DNA from: a virus
Taxonomy: Duplodnaviria > Caudoviricetes
Length of the DNA stretch: 40,682 nucleotides
IMG/VR virus record: IMGVR_UViG_3300044898_000091
Coordinates: 1-40,682 of that record
Reading direction: 5' to 3' (one strand)
A model generated the notes under the pieces. That model was not told where the DNA came from. It was given only the letters and a program-made list of their open reading frames with translations, and did not search any database. Position numbers and translations under genes: made by a program. Shown here in pieces: positions 1 through 8,189 of this stretch (within the stretch, counting starts at the first letter, position 1; the number at the start of each line of letters is the position of its first letter).

Positions 1-309
1 TCACTCGTCCCGCTTCAGCTTTCGTTTTCCCCACGGCCGGTCGCGCTTGCGCTCCGGGTCGAACTCGGGCGGGGGATCTTGCACGCCCTTGCGGAGCCCA
101 AACGCCACGGCGCGTTCTGCGAAGAACCTGCAGCCACCCCGTTCGCCTACAATTCCCAGGATCGTTACAGCCGGGCGCCAATACTCTGCGCCGCGTTCTT
201 CGAGTGGCAGGCTGGTCATGTACTCGACCGCATCGCGCAATGTCACCAGCTGCTTGCGCTTACCCGGTACGGGCAGCGGCGTGAAAAACTCTAAATCCCA
301 AGACAACAA
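1..309 (-). CDS. Hypothetical protein of a family I recognise from Bradyrhizobiaceae mobile elements
   Basis: W..F..P.P.P.KRKQLVTLRDA.EY and C-terminal WGKRKLKRD pattern; TTG start (309 or 306) after GGAG preferred over the ORF-track start at 399. Confidence 0.7.
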   Translation of the reverse strand: MLSWDLEFFTPLPVPGKRKQLVTLRDAVEYMTSLPLEERGAEYWRPAVTILGIVGERGGCRFFAERAVAFGLRKGVQDPPPEFDPERKRDRPWGKRKLKRDE

Positions 310-586
310 CGCAACTCCGCAACACAACTCTATTCCCAGGTATATCTGGGGCGCGGCGCGAGCTGATGCAACGTCGCGGGCGGAACAGTCCCGCCGCAAA
401 GAGGGTCGAGGAAGGCCCGTTCTTGTGCCGCCGCTGACCCCGCTGCCCTGTGTGGGCTGGGGGAATTGTGGAGGGAAAAGTGAGGCGGATAAGGCTGTGA
501 AGAGCGGTAGAACAAATAAAGAACGAGACCGGTTAGGATGGAGGGCGTAAGATACGAGTAGGGACCGATTCTTTAAGGAGTGCGAA

Positions 587-1603
587 ATGAGTGGCAGTGC
601 GATGCCAAAAATGGCGGTACCGATGGCGTCAGAGGAGCCGGAGTATGACGTCGCGATTTCGTTTCTTGTGTCTGATGAGAAAACCGCGTCAGCAATAAAG
701 TCCGGTCTGGCGGGCCTTAAGGTGTTCTTCTATCCCCATAATCAAGAAGACCTAGTGGGGACGAATGGCATCGAATCTATGCGCGAGCCGTTCATCGCGT
801 CGCGCGTTAACGTCATTTTGTTTCGAGAGCGATACGGCAAAACGCCGTGGACAGGGGTGGAGTTAAGCGCGATCCAAGATAGTTGTTTGAAAACGCGCTA
901 TCAGTCTCTCGTTTTTGCGCAATTGGACAAAGAAGATCAGAAACCAGCGTGGTTACCAGATACGCACATCCGCTGCGTTCTCGGTGATTTCACGGTGGAC
1001 CAACTTGTGGGAGCTATCAAGTTGCGCGTTCAGGAACGCGGCGGACTTGTAATAAAGCCCTCGGCGTTAGAGTCGGCAAAGCGGCTGCGGGCAGATGAGC
1101 TTCTTAGGCAAGATGAGAAGAAGTTTTTTCGGGACCATCCTTTCATCCAGGAGACGGGACGGAAGGTGGTCGAAGACTTGATGAAGGAGCTGACAGGACA
1201 AGCGGAGCGGATATCCGAGGAAGCGGGCCTGAAATGCGCATATGGGTACGAGCCGTATCACTCGGGGTTTCGCGCAGTGCTGAGATATGGATGGGTAACG
1301 CTCGAAGTATGGTGGAAGCAGGCTTATTCCAATGTGATGGAGGACGTTGCTTTAGAATGTGTTGAGTACAATGGGCTGGTTTGGTTGGAACGTGAAAGGA
1401 TGTTCCATCGTGTCGAGCCAAAGAAGCTTGAACAGAAAAACTATTTTGCGGCTCTTGATGCTAGTCGTGAATTGCGATGGCTGGACAAAACCAAGCCGGA
1501 GCAACTCTTGTCAAACGGTGAGATGGTCGAAAAGCTCATTGAGCAATTTCTGTCGTTAGTGGATAGGGCCAATAGCGGCAAGATCCCTGCGAGTGGTCGC
1601 TAG
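587..1603 (+). CDS. TIR-domain protein (TIR_2-like N-terminus, unknown C-terminal domain)
   Basis: YDVAISF...LKVFFY...YGKTPWTGVEL TIR motifs with the conserved Glu; AAGGAG SD before 587. Confidence 0.8.
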   Translation: MSGSAMPKMAVPMASEEPEYDVAISFLVSDEKTASAIKSGLAGLKVFFYPHNQEDLVGTNGIESMREPFIASRVNVILFRERYGKTPWTGVELSAIQDSCLKTRYQSLVFAQLDKEDQKPAWLPDTHIRCVLGDFTVDQLVGAIKLRVQERGGLVIKPSALESAKRLRADELLRQDEKKFFRDHPFIQETGRKVVEDLMKELTGQAERISEEAGLKCAYGYEPYHSGFRAVLRYGWVTLEVWWKQAYSNVMEDVALECVEYNGLVWLERERMFHRVEPKKLEQKNYFAALDASRELRWLDKTKPEQLLSNGEMVEKLIEQFLSLVDRANSGKIPASGR

Positions 1604-1840
1604 TCGAGCGTTCGGCGGAGGGTCCGGCCGCTCGATGGCGTACATTTCAAACGCCTTCGAGCCAGGGTACTTCTTTTTGCCGATGCTGAAGATGTTTACG
1701 CCTGCTTGTCTGATCTCGGTGATGCGACCGCTCGGACACGTTATGCCAGTGTCGCGCTGGATGTCTTTTGTAGTGCAGCCGCGATGGTTGAAGATGTAGT
1801 TGGCGACTTTGCGCTGTTGGTTGGTGAGGTCGTAGTTCAT
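1556..1840 (-). CDS. Small winged-helix DNA-binding protein
   Basis: LTNQQRKVANYI..H.GCTTKDI....GITCPSGRITEIRQAG HTH-like pattern; ATGA coupling to upstream gene. Confidence 0.6.
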   Translation of the reverse strand: MNYDLTNQQRKVANYIFNHRGCTTKDIQRDTGITCPSGRITEIRQAGVNIFSIGKKKYPGSKAFEMYAIERPDPPPNARLATTRRDLAAIGPIH

Positions 1841-2178
1841 AGCGCGGCAAAGAAACTCTCGGCGTCTTTTCCTTGGGCGAGATGGTCAATGAAGCGGAAC
1901 CAGTTTAATTCACATTCGGAATCGGCCATGAGCCACGCTCCATTGATTATAAATGGTTCTTTGTCCCACCCCCTCGCCCGGCCCAATGCTTGCCAGAAGA
2001 GAGGGTCGAGGAGGATTTCGTATTTACTTATCAATTCAACGCGCCCTCGGTGTTCATTGACAAATATATAGAGGCCATCTTTCTGTAGACCACGATACTC
2101 CCAAAAATGCCTTTCGCCTCGCGGTTGCCAACGGCTCTTCTCTACCGCCTCTCTGATACATGTTTCTAGTGAGGTCAT
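1837..2178 (-). CDS. Phage hypothetical protein
   Basis: ATGA-coupled on both sides within the early operon; LLDPLFWQALG motif. Confidence 0.75.
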   Translation of the reverse strand: MTSLETCIREAVEKSRWQPRGERHFWEYRGLQKDGLYIFVNEHRGRVELISKYEILLDPLFWQALGRARGWDKEPFIINGAWLMADSECELNWFRFIDHLAQGKDAESFFAAL

Positions 2179-2324
2179 ACATCCTTTATTTCATGCCGAT
2201 AAATGTCAATCGTCTCGCCTACCTTGACCGTTCCTCCTACGCAGTCATTTCCGATGCAGTAGATGTAGGTGACGATCTGTTGGTCGGCTGAGATTATTTT
2301 GATGGTGATGGTTGGTTCGTCCAT
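2175..2324 (-). CDS. Small hypothetical protein, 49 aa (MDEPTITIKIISADQQ...), below ORF-track cutoff
   Basis: Read by hand; fills the operon gap, T-ATG start, stop overlaps next ATG (ATGA). Confidence 0.6.
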   Translation of the reverse strand: MDEPTITIKIISADQQIVTYIYCIGNDCVGGTVKVGETIDIYRHEIKDV

Positions 2325-2332
2325 AGGTGCGG

Positions 2333-2683
2333 TTAGGCGGCCGCGTCCTCTTTAGTTTTTAATGGTGCTGAATCCCAATAGCCGATTTCGTGACTTGGAA
2401 TAGGAAGGCCAGGAAGATTAAAGTGGTCGGCGAAGAATCTGTTTAGATGTTCGGCGATGTCGTCAATTTCCCCGGTCTTGTTCAGTTCGGTCGTGCTGAT
2501 TTTCTTGAAAAGAGCTTTTTGTACCGTGCGCCAGATTTCCTTCATTAGCTCGGGGGTCATTTCCAGCTCTATTGTTTTCTCGAACGCCATGCGGGGCGAG
2601 ACGCCAGCATCGCGGCATTGTTGCGCCTTTTGAGTGAGCCAGAGGTGAAGGGCGCGATTTTGCTGCTCGGTGCGTTGGGCCAT
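2333..2683 (-). CDS. NinB/Orf-like recombination accessory protein
   Basis: N-terminal RTEQQNRALHLWL motif and later STTELN; located beside SSB-like and ERF genes. Confidence 0.5.
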   Translation of the reverse strand: MAQRTEQQNRALHLWLTQKAQQCRDAGVSPRMAFEKTIELEMTPELMKEIWRTVQKALFKKISTTELNKTGEIDDIAEHLNRFFADHFNLPGLPIPSHEIGYWDSAPLKTKEDAAA

Positions 2684-2686
2684 AGG

Positions 2687-2983
2687 CTAGAAAGGGACAT
2701 CGTCCGGGTTCGGCTCATCTATCGGGTTCGGCGCTTCGTCACGATGTGAGCGGTGCTGGTAATCGTCGGCAGGGCGGCTGTACTGGTTCAGTTCGCAGTA
2801 CAGCTTGCCTCCCTTGCTTTCCTTCAAATCCAAATTGACCCATCCATCGGGCTTCGTGTGGTCTATGAGGAATTTGGTAAACTCTTCCGTCTTGATGGAG
2901 AGCGAGCCTTTTACGAAGTCAGGCGCATTCTCTCGGGGTGCTTTGTAGATCAGGCCTTGGGCGAATATTTTATCGTCGGACAT
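2687..2983 (-). CDS. Putative phage single-stranded DNA-binding protein
   Basis: Small beta-rich protein with acidic tail ending DDVPF; near ERF. Confidence 0.55.
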   Translation of the reverse strand: MSDDKIFAQGLIYKAPRENAPDFVKGSLSIKTEEFTKFLIDHTKPDGWVNLDLKESKGGKLYCELNQYSRPADDYQHRSHRDEAPNPIDEPNPDDVPF

Positions 2984-2986
2984 AAT

Positions 2987-3325
2987 TTATTTGCTGGTGA
3001 GTAATTCTGGGTTCTCGAACACGTTGCCGATGATCTGGAAGTAATTTTTATCTGAGATGAAGTCGTATCCCCCCTCGGAATGTCTCGCTACGAAACAGCC
3101 GCTTTCGAATTCAACCTCATCAATTCTCCCGCCTTCTCGTTGCAATATATCCCCCTCATAAATCTCCTTCCCGTTCTTGTCGTGCAGGCCGGTGAATTGC
3201 ATGACATCGACTGCATGTGCGAGAAGGTTTTGAACAGACCTACTTCCGCCCGGGTCATTGCGAATGAACAACCAGTTGTCGAGCATCCGTTCTCCATCCC
3301 AAGCTCTGAATTTTATTTCACGCAT
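2987..3325 (-). CDS. YopX-family protein
   Basis: MREIKFRAWD...MQFTGLHDKNGKEIYEGDI...IIGNVFENPELL signature. Confidence 0.92.
   Translation of the reverse strand: MREIKFRAWDGERMLDNWLFIRNDPGGSRSVQNLLAHAVDVMQFTGLHDKNGKEIYEGDILQREGGRIDEVEFESGCFVARHSEGGYDFISDKNYFQIIGNVFENPELLTSK
3147..3184 (+). repeat. 38-bp exact direct repeat, copy 1 (copy 2 at 7712-7749)
   Basis: ATATCCCCCTCATAAATCTCCTTCCCGTTCTTGTCGTG present in both YopX genes. Confidence 0.9.
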
Positions 3326-3328
3326 ACG

Positions 3329-3976
3329 CTATTGGTCGGCTACCGCTTCTAATTGCTCCACCTTGGCCGAGAGGATTTCGGCGATTGCTTCGAGGTTGGT
3401 GTCTGTGAGTTCGGCATTTGCGTGCTTGAAGACAGCGTCCGCGACCTCTGCACGCTTCTCTGCGACGGTCTTGCCTATAGGCTTGAAGCCAAGCTGCTTC
3501 AGAAGGGACACAACGCGGTCTTTCTGGGCGAGAAGCTCGACGGCCGGGTCTTTCCTCGTCTCGGTCGGTTTCGTGCGCTGTGGGGCAGCCTGGCGCAGCT
3601 GGGAGGGTGTCTCGTCGTGGTCTGCGTCCTTCGTGTCGTCTATGAGGAAGAGGCCATTGAGGGCGTACTTGCGGGCGTAGGAGGAAGCAGCGCCTGTTAT
3701 CTGGCTAGCGTCAGAGCCTTTTTTGTCGAACGGTTCGCGCGCGTATCCGTGAGTGCTGTAAACAGTGTTTCCGTCTGCGAAAGTCGCGGTGGCTTTGATG
3801 TAGTGCCAGTCGCCGACGATTACTGGCTCGTCCGTAAGAATGAGGACGCACGCGCCAAGAAGCGGCTTGACGGCTTCTAGGATATCCTCGGCGTTGCGGT
3901 AGTCATAGTTGGCAAATGAATTGCGGTGAGACTTGGGTACTTTCAATTTCTGTTGGATGGCGTTTAATTTGTCCAT
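3329..3976 (-). CDS. erf: ERF-family ssDNA-annealing recombinase
   Basis: YDYRNAEDILEAVKPLL and SQITGAASSYARKYALNGLFLIDD motifs. Confidence 0.92.
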   Translation of the reverse strand: MDKLNAIQQKLKVPKSHRNSFANYDYRNAEDILEAVKPLLGACVLILTDEPVIVGDWHYIKATATFADGNTVYSTHGYAREPFDKKGSDASQITGAASSYARKYALNGLFLIDDTKDADHDETPSQLRQAAPQRTKPTETRKDPAVELLAQKDRVVSLLKQLGFKPIGKTVAEKRAEVADAVFKHANAELTDTNLEAIAEILSAKVEQLEAVADQ

Positions 3977-3986
3977 ACATGTGTGA

Positions 3987-4172
3987 TTAATTTTCTAATC
4001 TCTCGTCGGGGTGTGAGCCGCCAAACGAGGGTTCGTATTTTTCATCGAAGTCCTCTACAGAACCTCCGATGAGCCGGATGAGGCCGCTCAAGTTTCGCTT
4101 CTTCGTGTAATCGCGCACGATTTGATTGAAGCGCTGGTTGCGGCCTTCCTCGGTGCCTGTGTCGAAGCTCAT
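3987..4172 (-). CDS. Small hypothetical protein
   Basis: ATGA-coupled within the early operon. Confidence 0.6.
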   Translation of the reverse strand: MSFDTGTEEGRNQRFNQIVRDYTKKRNLSGLIRLIGGSVEDFDEKYEPSFGGSHPDERLEN

Positions 4173-4366
4173 ACTTTTTTGGTGAATGTGCTTTTAAGCG
4201 AACCGTCTGCGTTGTGCCGCCAGCACAAGCCGAAGATGATGATGTTGTTCCAGTGCTCGGGGCAAACATCGGTGATGAGCGGCTTGGAAGTGTTTTGGTG
4301 CAGCTCTTTCATGGCGGGGCGCATCAGGGTTTCGAGATGTGCCATTTGCTTCTCGAAGTGGCTCAT
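4169..4366 (-). CDS. Small hypothetical protein
   Basis: ATGA-coupled on both sides. Confidence 0.6.
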   Translation of the reverse strand: MSHFEKQMAHLETLMRPAMKELHQNTSKPLITDVCPEHWNNIIIFGLCWRHNADGSLKSTFTKKV

Positions 4367-4530
4367 ACGAATGTTGCGCTACTGAGTGCTAACCCCACCG
4401 TGAGCATGATGCTGATGGGAACGCTCGTTCTGTTGCGCCTGTCGCGGCGCATTTCGTTCTTCACAGCGCGGCCTCTGTCAGAATATGCGCTGTATCGGAT
4501 TTTGTCTCTAACGATATCTGGTTTTTTCAT
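4363..4530 (-). CDS. Small protein, 55 aa (MKKPDIVRDK...), basic N-terminus and hydrophobic C-terminus
   Basis: Read by hand; T-ATG start, stop overlaps the ATG of 4169..4366. Confidence 0.55.
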   Translation of the reverse strand: MKKPDIVRDKIRYSAYSDRGRAVKNEMRRDRRNRTSVPISIMLTVGLALSSATFV

Positions 4531-4956
4531 AGTGGTGATTATTTCCCTCTACCCTCACGGCATCGAGTGTCGTGAGGATGGAAGGCTCGATGCTTGATAA
4601 TTTATTCGGCTGTCTCGTGTTCATTGCCGCAGCCGGGGGCAGATGCAGTCGGTCATGTGATTTTGTTAGCTGATAATGCGATGGATGAGCTGGGAATGGG
4701 AGAGCTGTGTGCGCAAGTTCCTTACCACAGTGCCTTGCGTGCCTTTCGAGCCGTTTCTCCCCCTCCAAACCCACCATCGTTGTCGTGTCGGGTATGTGTT
4801 GCGAGCTGGGAGGAACAGGCGCGGTTTATTGTTTCATGCGCCTTCGACTGTGGAGGGATATAACCCGTCGGCCAGTGTTCGCCTCTAGTCAGTCTTGCTC
4901 CTCCAAACTCACAACTGATGTCAACGAGCTTCCTACTGCCATTGTCTCATGCCGCA

Positions 4957-4978
4957 GAAAACTCGCAAGCGAGTTTTC
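4957..4978. promoter_or_regulatory. Perfect palindrome GAAAACTCGC-AA-GCGAGTTTTC; candidate operator over a minus-strand promoter
   Basis: 10-bp arms; overlaps TTGCGA, 16 bp upstream of GACAAT (TGAGACAAT at 4941-4949). Confidence 0.6.
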
Positions 4979-4983
4979 AACAG

Positions 4984-5166
4984 TTAGGACGTTGCGCGTT
5001 GATTTCGTGTCTTTGTCAACTTTCGCTTACGCGGCTTCTTGTCTTTGCTTCCTTTCGGACGGCCGCCGAGGTTCGCCCATTTTCGTAGTTGCGCGGTCGG
5101 ATATTTTTCTCGGAGTGCGCGATTTCCTTTTTGTGCGACTTCAACAATCGTCATTAGTGTTGCCAT
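4984..5166 (-). CDS. Small basic putative DNA-binding/regulatory protein, 60 aa
   Basis: GGRPKGSKDKKPRKRK motif; ATG 6 nt after TGTTACAAT (leaderless geometry). Confidence 0.6.
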   Translation of the reverse strand: MATLMTIVEVAQKGNRALREKYPTAQLRKWANLGGRPKGSKDKKPRKRKLTKTRNQRATS

Positions 5167-5188
5167 GAGGCGATTGTAACATGGCAAA

Positions 5189-5206
5189 TAACTTGCAAGC
5201 GAGTTA
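5189..5206. promoter_or_regulatory. Second copy of the operator-like palindrome (TAACTTGC-AA-GCGAGTTA)
   Basis: Shares AACTyGCAAGCGAGTT with 4957-4978; just upstream of the extended -10 at 5173-5181. Confidence 0.6.
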
Positions 5207-5269
5207 CCCACAACCGTTCCGCTTACCGTTCCCCCTGCCTCCGATTGCACGCGGGCGATGTGGACAAAC

Positions 5270-6025
5270 CTAGCCGGGCGGCATGGGCATGAGATTGCGG
5301 AGCCACTGTAAGTCGATGAGATGAAAGAGTGCGGCGAAGGCGATGAGAGCGAGCACCAGCGGTAAGATGCCGTCTACAAGATAGTCGCGGATAAAGTAGA
5401 GGGAGCGAACTGCGTAGAGGGAGAATTTCAGATGGCGGTAGTGTCTCGCTCGGCGCTTGAGGTAAGTTTTGCCGGCCTTATCGATGTGTGTGTCGATGAG
5501 GGTGAAAATGGCTGGGTCGGTTTCTCGCGTTAACACTTTAGGCGCGTTGTGGGGGTTTCCACGGTAGACGATGAAGTTGCGAGGAATCGGCGGATGCGAA
5601 ATTACCCCAGGAGGTACGTTCTCCAGTTGTTGAAAGTAGCTCGCTATGGTGCTCCATTCGTTGGTATTAATTGTTACTTGTTCAGGGAGACTGGCTTGGA
5701 TTTTGCGAAGTGTTAGATTGCCGTGGTTCGACCAAAAGCTGTTGCGTGCTGAATCATAGTTTTTTTGTTTCGCTACCTGATGGGGGGTCTGCTCAAGGTT
5801 GCGGATGTCGATGAAGTAGTAGAGCGCGAATGTGGTCGTCATGTAGAGCAGGGTTGCGATAAGGAGAAATGCGAACACCCGATTGTCGAATGAGATTGAT
5901 AGGCCAGCGACAGGGATTTTATCGATTGAAACGTCGAATGCCCGGTAGATAATAGCGAGCATCGACGCAACGAGAAGGTTTCGTTTTGTCGCTCGGGTCG
6001 CGGGTGAGAGCGGGTCTACTGCCAT
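5270..6025 (-). CDS. Membrane protein of unknown function (accessory gene)
   Basis: 251-aa ORF with two N-terminal and one C-terminal hydrophobic helices. Confidence 0.75.
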   Translation of the reverse strand: MAVDPLSPATRATKRNLLVASMLAIIYRAFDVSIDKIPVAGLSISFDNRVFAFLLIATLLYMTTTFALYYFIDIRNLEQTPHQVAKQKNYDSARNSFWSNHGNLTLRKIQASLPEQVTINTNEWSTIASYFQQLENVPPGVISHPPIPRNFIVYRGNPHNAPKVLTRETDPAIFTLIDTHIDKAGKTYLKRRARHYRHLKFSLYAVRSLYFIRDYLVDGILPLVLALIAFAALFHLIDLQWLRNLMPMPPG

Positions 6026-6161
6026 TGCAGAGAGATAGCACGATTCTTACAATTCCCCTGCCCCTTCGATGATAAAATAAGCGCAGGCGCTCTTTGTTTA
6101 AGGCCGGTGGGAGCAGCCTGTGTCACGATGCGCAGCTCTACTTCTTTCCGGCCAATATTCC

Positions 6162-6941
6162 ATGAATGCACTTGTTGTCGGAGCAAATAAGGCTCCCATC
6201 CTTGAATTTATACGGCCAGGGCGTGAACCTTTACTTTTAATTGACGACGGGCCGCTGATTGACGAGCTGGTGATTCCGCCACAGCAAAGGCCAGTGCGTT
6301 TCGATGTCAAAAAGCACCACCTGAATCCATTGCATGAAATGGATTACAGGCGGGCGCGGGAGTTCATTTCAATCATCGACGCGATTTTCCCCGAAGGTGA
6401 CAGCACGCTCACGAAGAAGAACGCCAATTTCGTTTTACTCAATGCCCTGCTTGAAGAACCAACCCGCCTCGACAAGCTGCTGCGGGGCGACAAGCGCGAC
6501 CCTGCCAAACAGGACGCCTACCAGAAGATAGAGACCATCCTGCTCTCGCCTGTCCTGCGCTCGGTGCTGTGCGAGCCGACGAATTTTTCAATGAAAGGAA
6601 TTGTCCTGGCGCGGCTCGACCGTGCCGTACTCGGCGATTTTGATTCTTTTGTTCTCGCCAACCTCCTCATCTCGCAATTCGAGGGCCAGGTGATATTGCC
6701 CGATGCAGGCTTCTATCTGCGTGAACACCACATATCGCTTATCAGACAGGACAGGCTCGTTGCCGGCGTCAATACGCTCTCTGAACTGCCGCTGGGCCTT
6801 CGGCAGGCTCTCTTGACCGTGCCTGAGAAGATTGCATCACGGACAACGTCTGAAGACGCGGAGATCTTGGCGAAGTACCGTGGCTTTGTCCCACACACGA
6901 TTGAACATTCCGATTTTATTCAGGAAGCCATGCGCGGATAG
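6162..6941 (+). CDS. Degenerate TraD/VirD4-like fold protein lacking Walker motifs
   Basis: ALVVG, LLLIDDG, HLNPL, GVNTLSELP...RQALL, TSEDAEILA are collinear with coupling-ATPase motifs; TGATAAAAT promoter at 6070-6078. Confidence 0.55.
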   Translation: MNALVVGANKAPILEFIRPGREPLLLIDDGPLIDELVIPPQQRPVRFDVKKHHLNPLHEMDYRRAREFISIIDAIFPEGDSTLTKKNANFVLLNALLEEPTRLDKLLRGDKRDPAKQDAYQKIETILLSPVLRSVLCEPTNFSMKGIVLARLDRAVLGDFDSFVLANLLISQFEGQVILPDAGFYLREHHISLIRQDRLVAGVNTLSELPLGLRQALLTVPEKIASRTTSEDAEILAKYRGFVPHTIEHSDFIQEAMRG

Positions 6942-6951
6942 GCCGCGTCCT

Positions 6952-7119
6952 TTACCGTCTCTTATACAGTCCGCGTCCGATAATGGCGTTCACAGGCTTC
7001 GGGAGCATCGTGTCGGGCACGTACTTGGTCTCCCGATTCGGGCACTGTCCGCGCAGTCGCTGCACTTTCCATTGATGGTCTGGGCCTGGGCGACGGCAGT
7101 TCTTGCAGGCGGGCATCAT
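6952..7119 (-). CDS. Small Cys/His protein, 55 aa (MMPACKNCRRPGPDH...C)
   Basis: Read by hand; ATGA overlap with upstream gene; CxxC..H..C. Confidence 0.5.
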   Translation of the reverse strand: MMPACKNCRRPGPDHQWKVQRLRGQCPNRETKYVPDTMLPKPVNAIIGRGLYKRR

Positions 7120-7514
7120 GCCGCGAGCAATTTATTCTCTATGAGGTAGATGAGCATTTTGGCGCGGGCGTCGGCTTCGGTGTCGGCGGTCTGCAAACCT
7201 TTGTAGCCACCAAGCGTATCTACAGTGGCTTCGTCATAACAGACCTCCCACCACACGCCTCGCGTGATGGTCAGATTGCTTTGATGCAGCCGCTTCGGCA
7301 ACATCTCCCCAAGCTCTGCGACGGTGAAGGCGGAGACGCCGGGTTCGCAAAACTCTACTTGGTTGTATGAGGAGATTTCTTTTTTTGTCATGGGCTGTGG
7401 CAGAAAATCCAATGATACATCGCCACACCACCAGAATATGCTCTCCTGCTCGACTCCCAATTCCTTGAGCCGCTTGGCGAGGTCAAGACTACAGACTTGT
7501 TGTTGTAGCTCCAT
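7116..7514 (-). CDS. Conserved phage hypothetical protein
   Basis: QVCSLDLAKRLKELGV...SAFTVAELGEMLP...TEADARAKMLIYL pattern recurrent in phage early regions. Confidence 0.8.
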   Translation of the reverse strand: MELQQQVCSLDLAKRLKELGVEQESIFWWCGDVSLDFLPQPMTKKEISSYNQVEFCEPGVSAFTVAELGEMLPKRLHQSNLTITRGVWWEVCYDEATVDTLGGYKGLQTADTEADARAKMLIYLIENKLLAA

Positions 7515-7515
7515 A

Positions 7516-7923
7516 TCATTTCAGCAGCTCTGGGTTCTCGTAGATGTTGCCGATGACTTCCCCATCGATGTTAGTGTTGATGAGAATAGGTTCGGAGTCG
7601 CACCCGCGCAGAGATTTAATGCGCTGGGAGCGCCACGCGATGGCGAACTGAGCAAGCTCGTTCCACCATCGCACTTCGACAATCGCTTCGTCATCGTGGA
7701 AATATCTCACAATATCCCCCTCATAAATCTCCTTCCCGTTCTTGTCGTGTAGTCCCGTGAACTGCATGAGTTGGGAGAGCTGGAACTCTGCAATTTGCGT
7801 GCCTGTTTCGTCGAAGGCCGTTGCGTCGTGTTGACGATAACCCGCCGCAAAGTCGATGCGGGTCAATTCGTTTTCCATCCGGCTATGCGCTGCGTCCCAG
7901 ACGCGAAATTTTATGTCTCTCAT
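7516..7923 (-). CDS. YopX-family protein (second copy)
   Basis: MRDIKFRVWD...MQFTGLHDKNGKEIYEGDIV...EVIGNIYENPELL. Confidence 0.92.
   Translation of the reverse strand: MRDIKFRVWDAAHSRMENELTRIDFAAGYRQHDATAFDETGTQIAEFQLSQLMQFTGLHDKNGKEIYEGDIVRYFHDDEAIVEVRWWNELAQFAIAWRSQRIKSLRGCDSEPILINTNIDGEVIGNIYENPELLK
7712..7749 (+). repeat. 38-bp exact direct repeat, copy 2
   Basis: Identical to 3147-3184. Confidence 0.9.
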
Positions 7924-8183
7924 ACGATGAGGTCAATTAAGGATGGTGTCTCCCGGATGTTGCCGACGACTTCCCCATAGATGACCCCAAGCTCGTCGCT
8001 TGAAATGCGGTTCAAGAAAAGTCCGTTGTATACATCAAAGCGTGAGGATGATTTCCCGCTGCCGTTGGCTTGTATGCTAACGCCGTTCGTCGATTGGATG
8101 TGCCCCTCGCCCAGCACCTTGAGGACGATTGCCCCCTGGCCGTCGCGTGACTTGAGCACGTCTCCCTTCCTAATTTCATTCAT
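7920..8183 (-). CDS. YopX C-terminal-like protein
   Basis: EIRKGDVL...EVVGNIRETPSL matches the second half of YopX. Confidence 0.6.
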   Translation of the reverse strand: MNEIRKGDVLKSRDGQGAIVLKVLGEGHIQSTNGVSIQANGSGKSSSRFDVYNGLFLNRISSDELGVIYGEVVGNIRETPSLIDLIV

Positions 8184-8189
8184 AAATCT

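Noticed and set aside
3147-7749. DGR template/variable repeat pair
   Set aside because: The repeat is exact rather than adenine-mutated, lies mid-gene in two paralogues, and there is no RT
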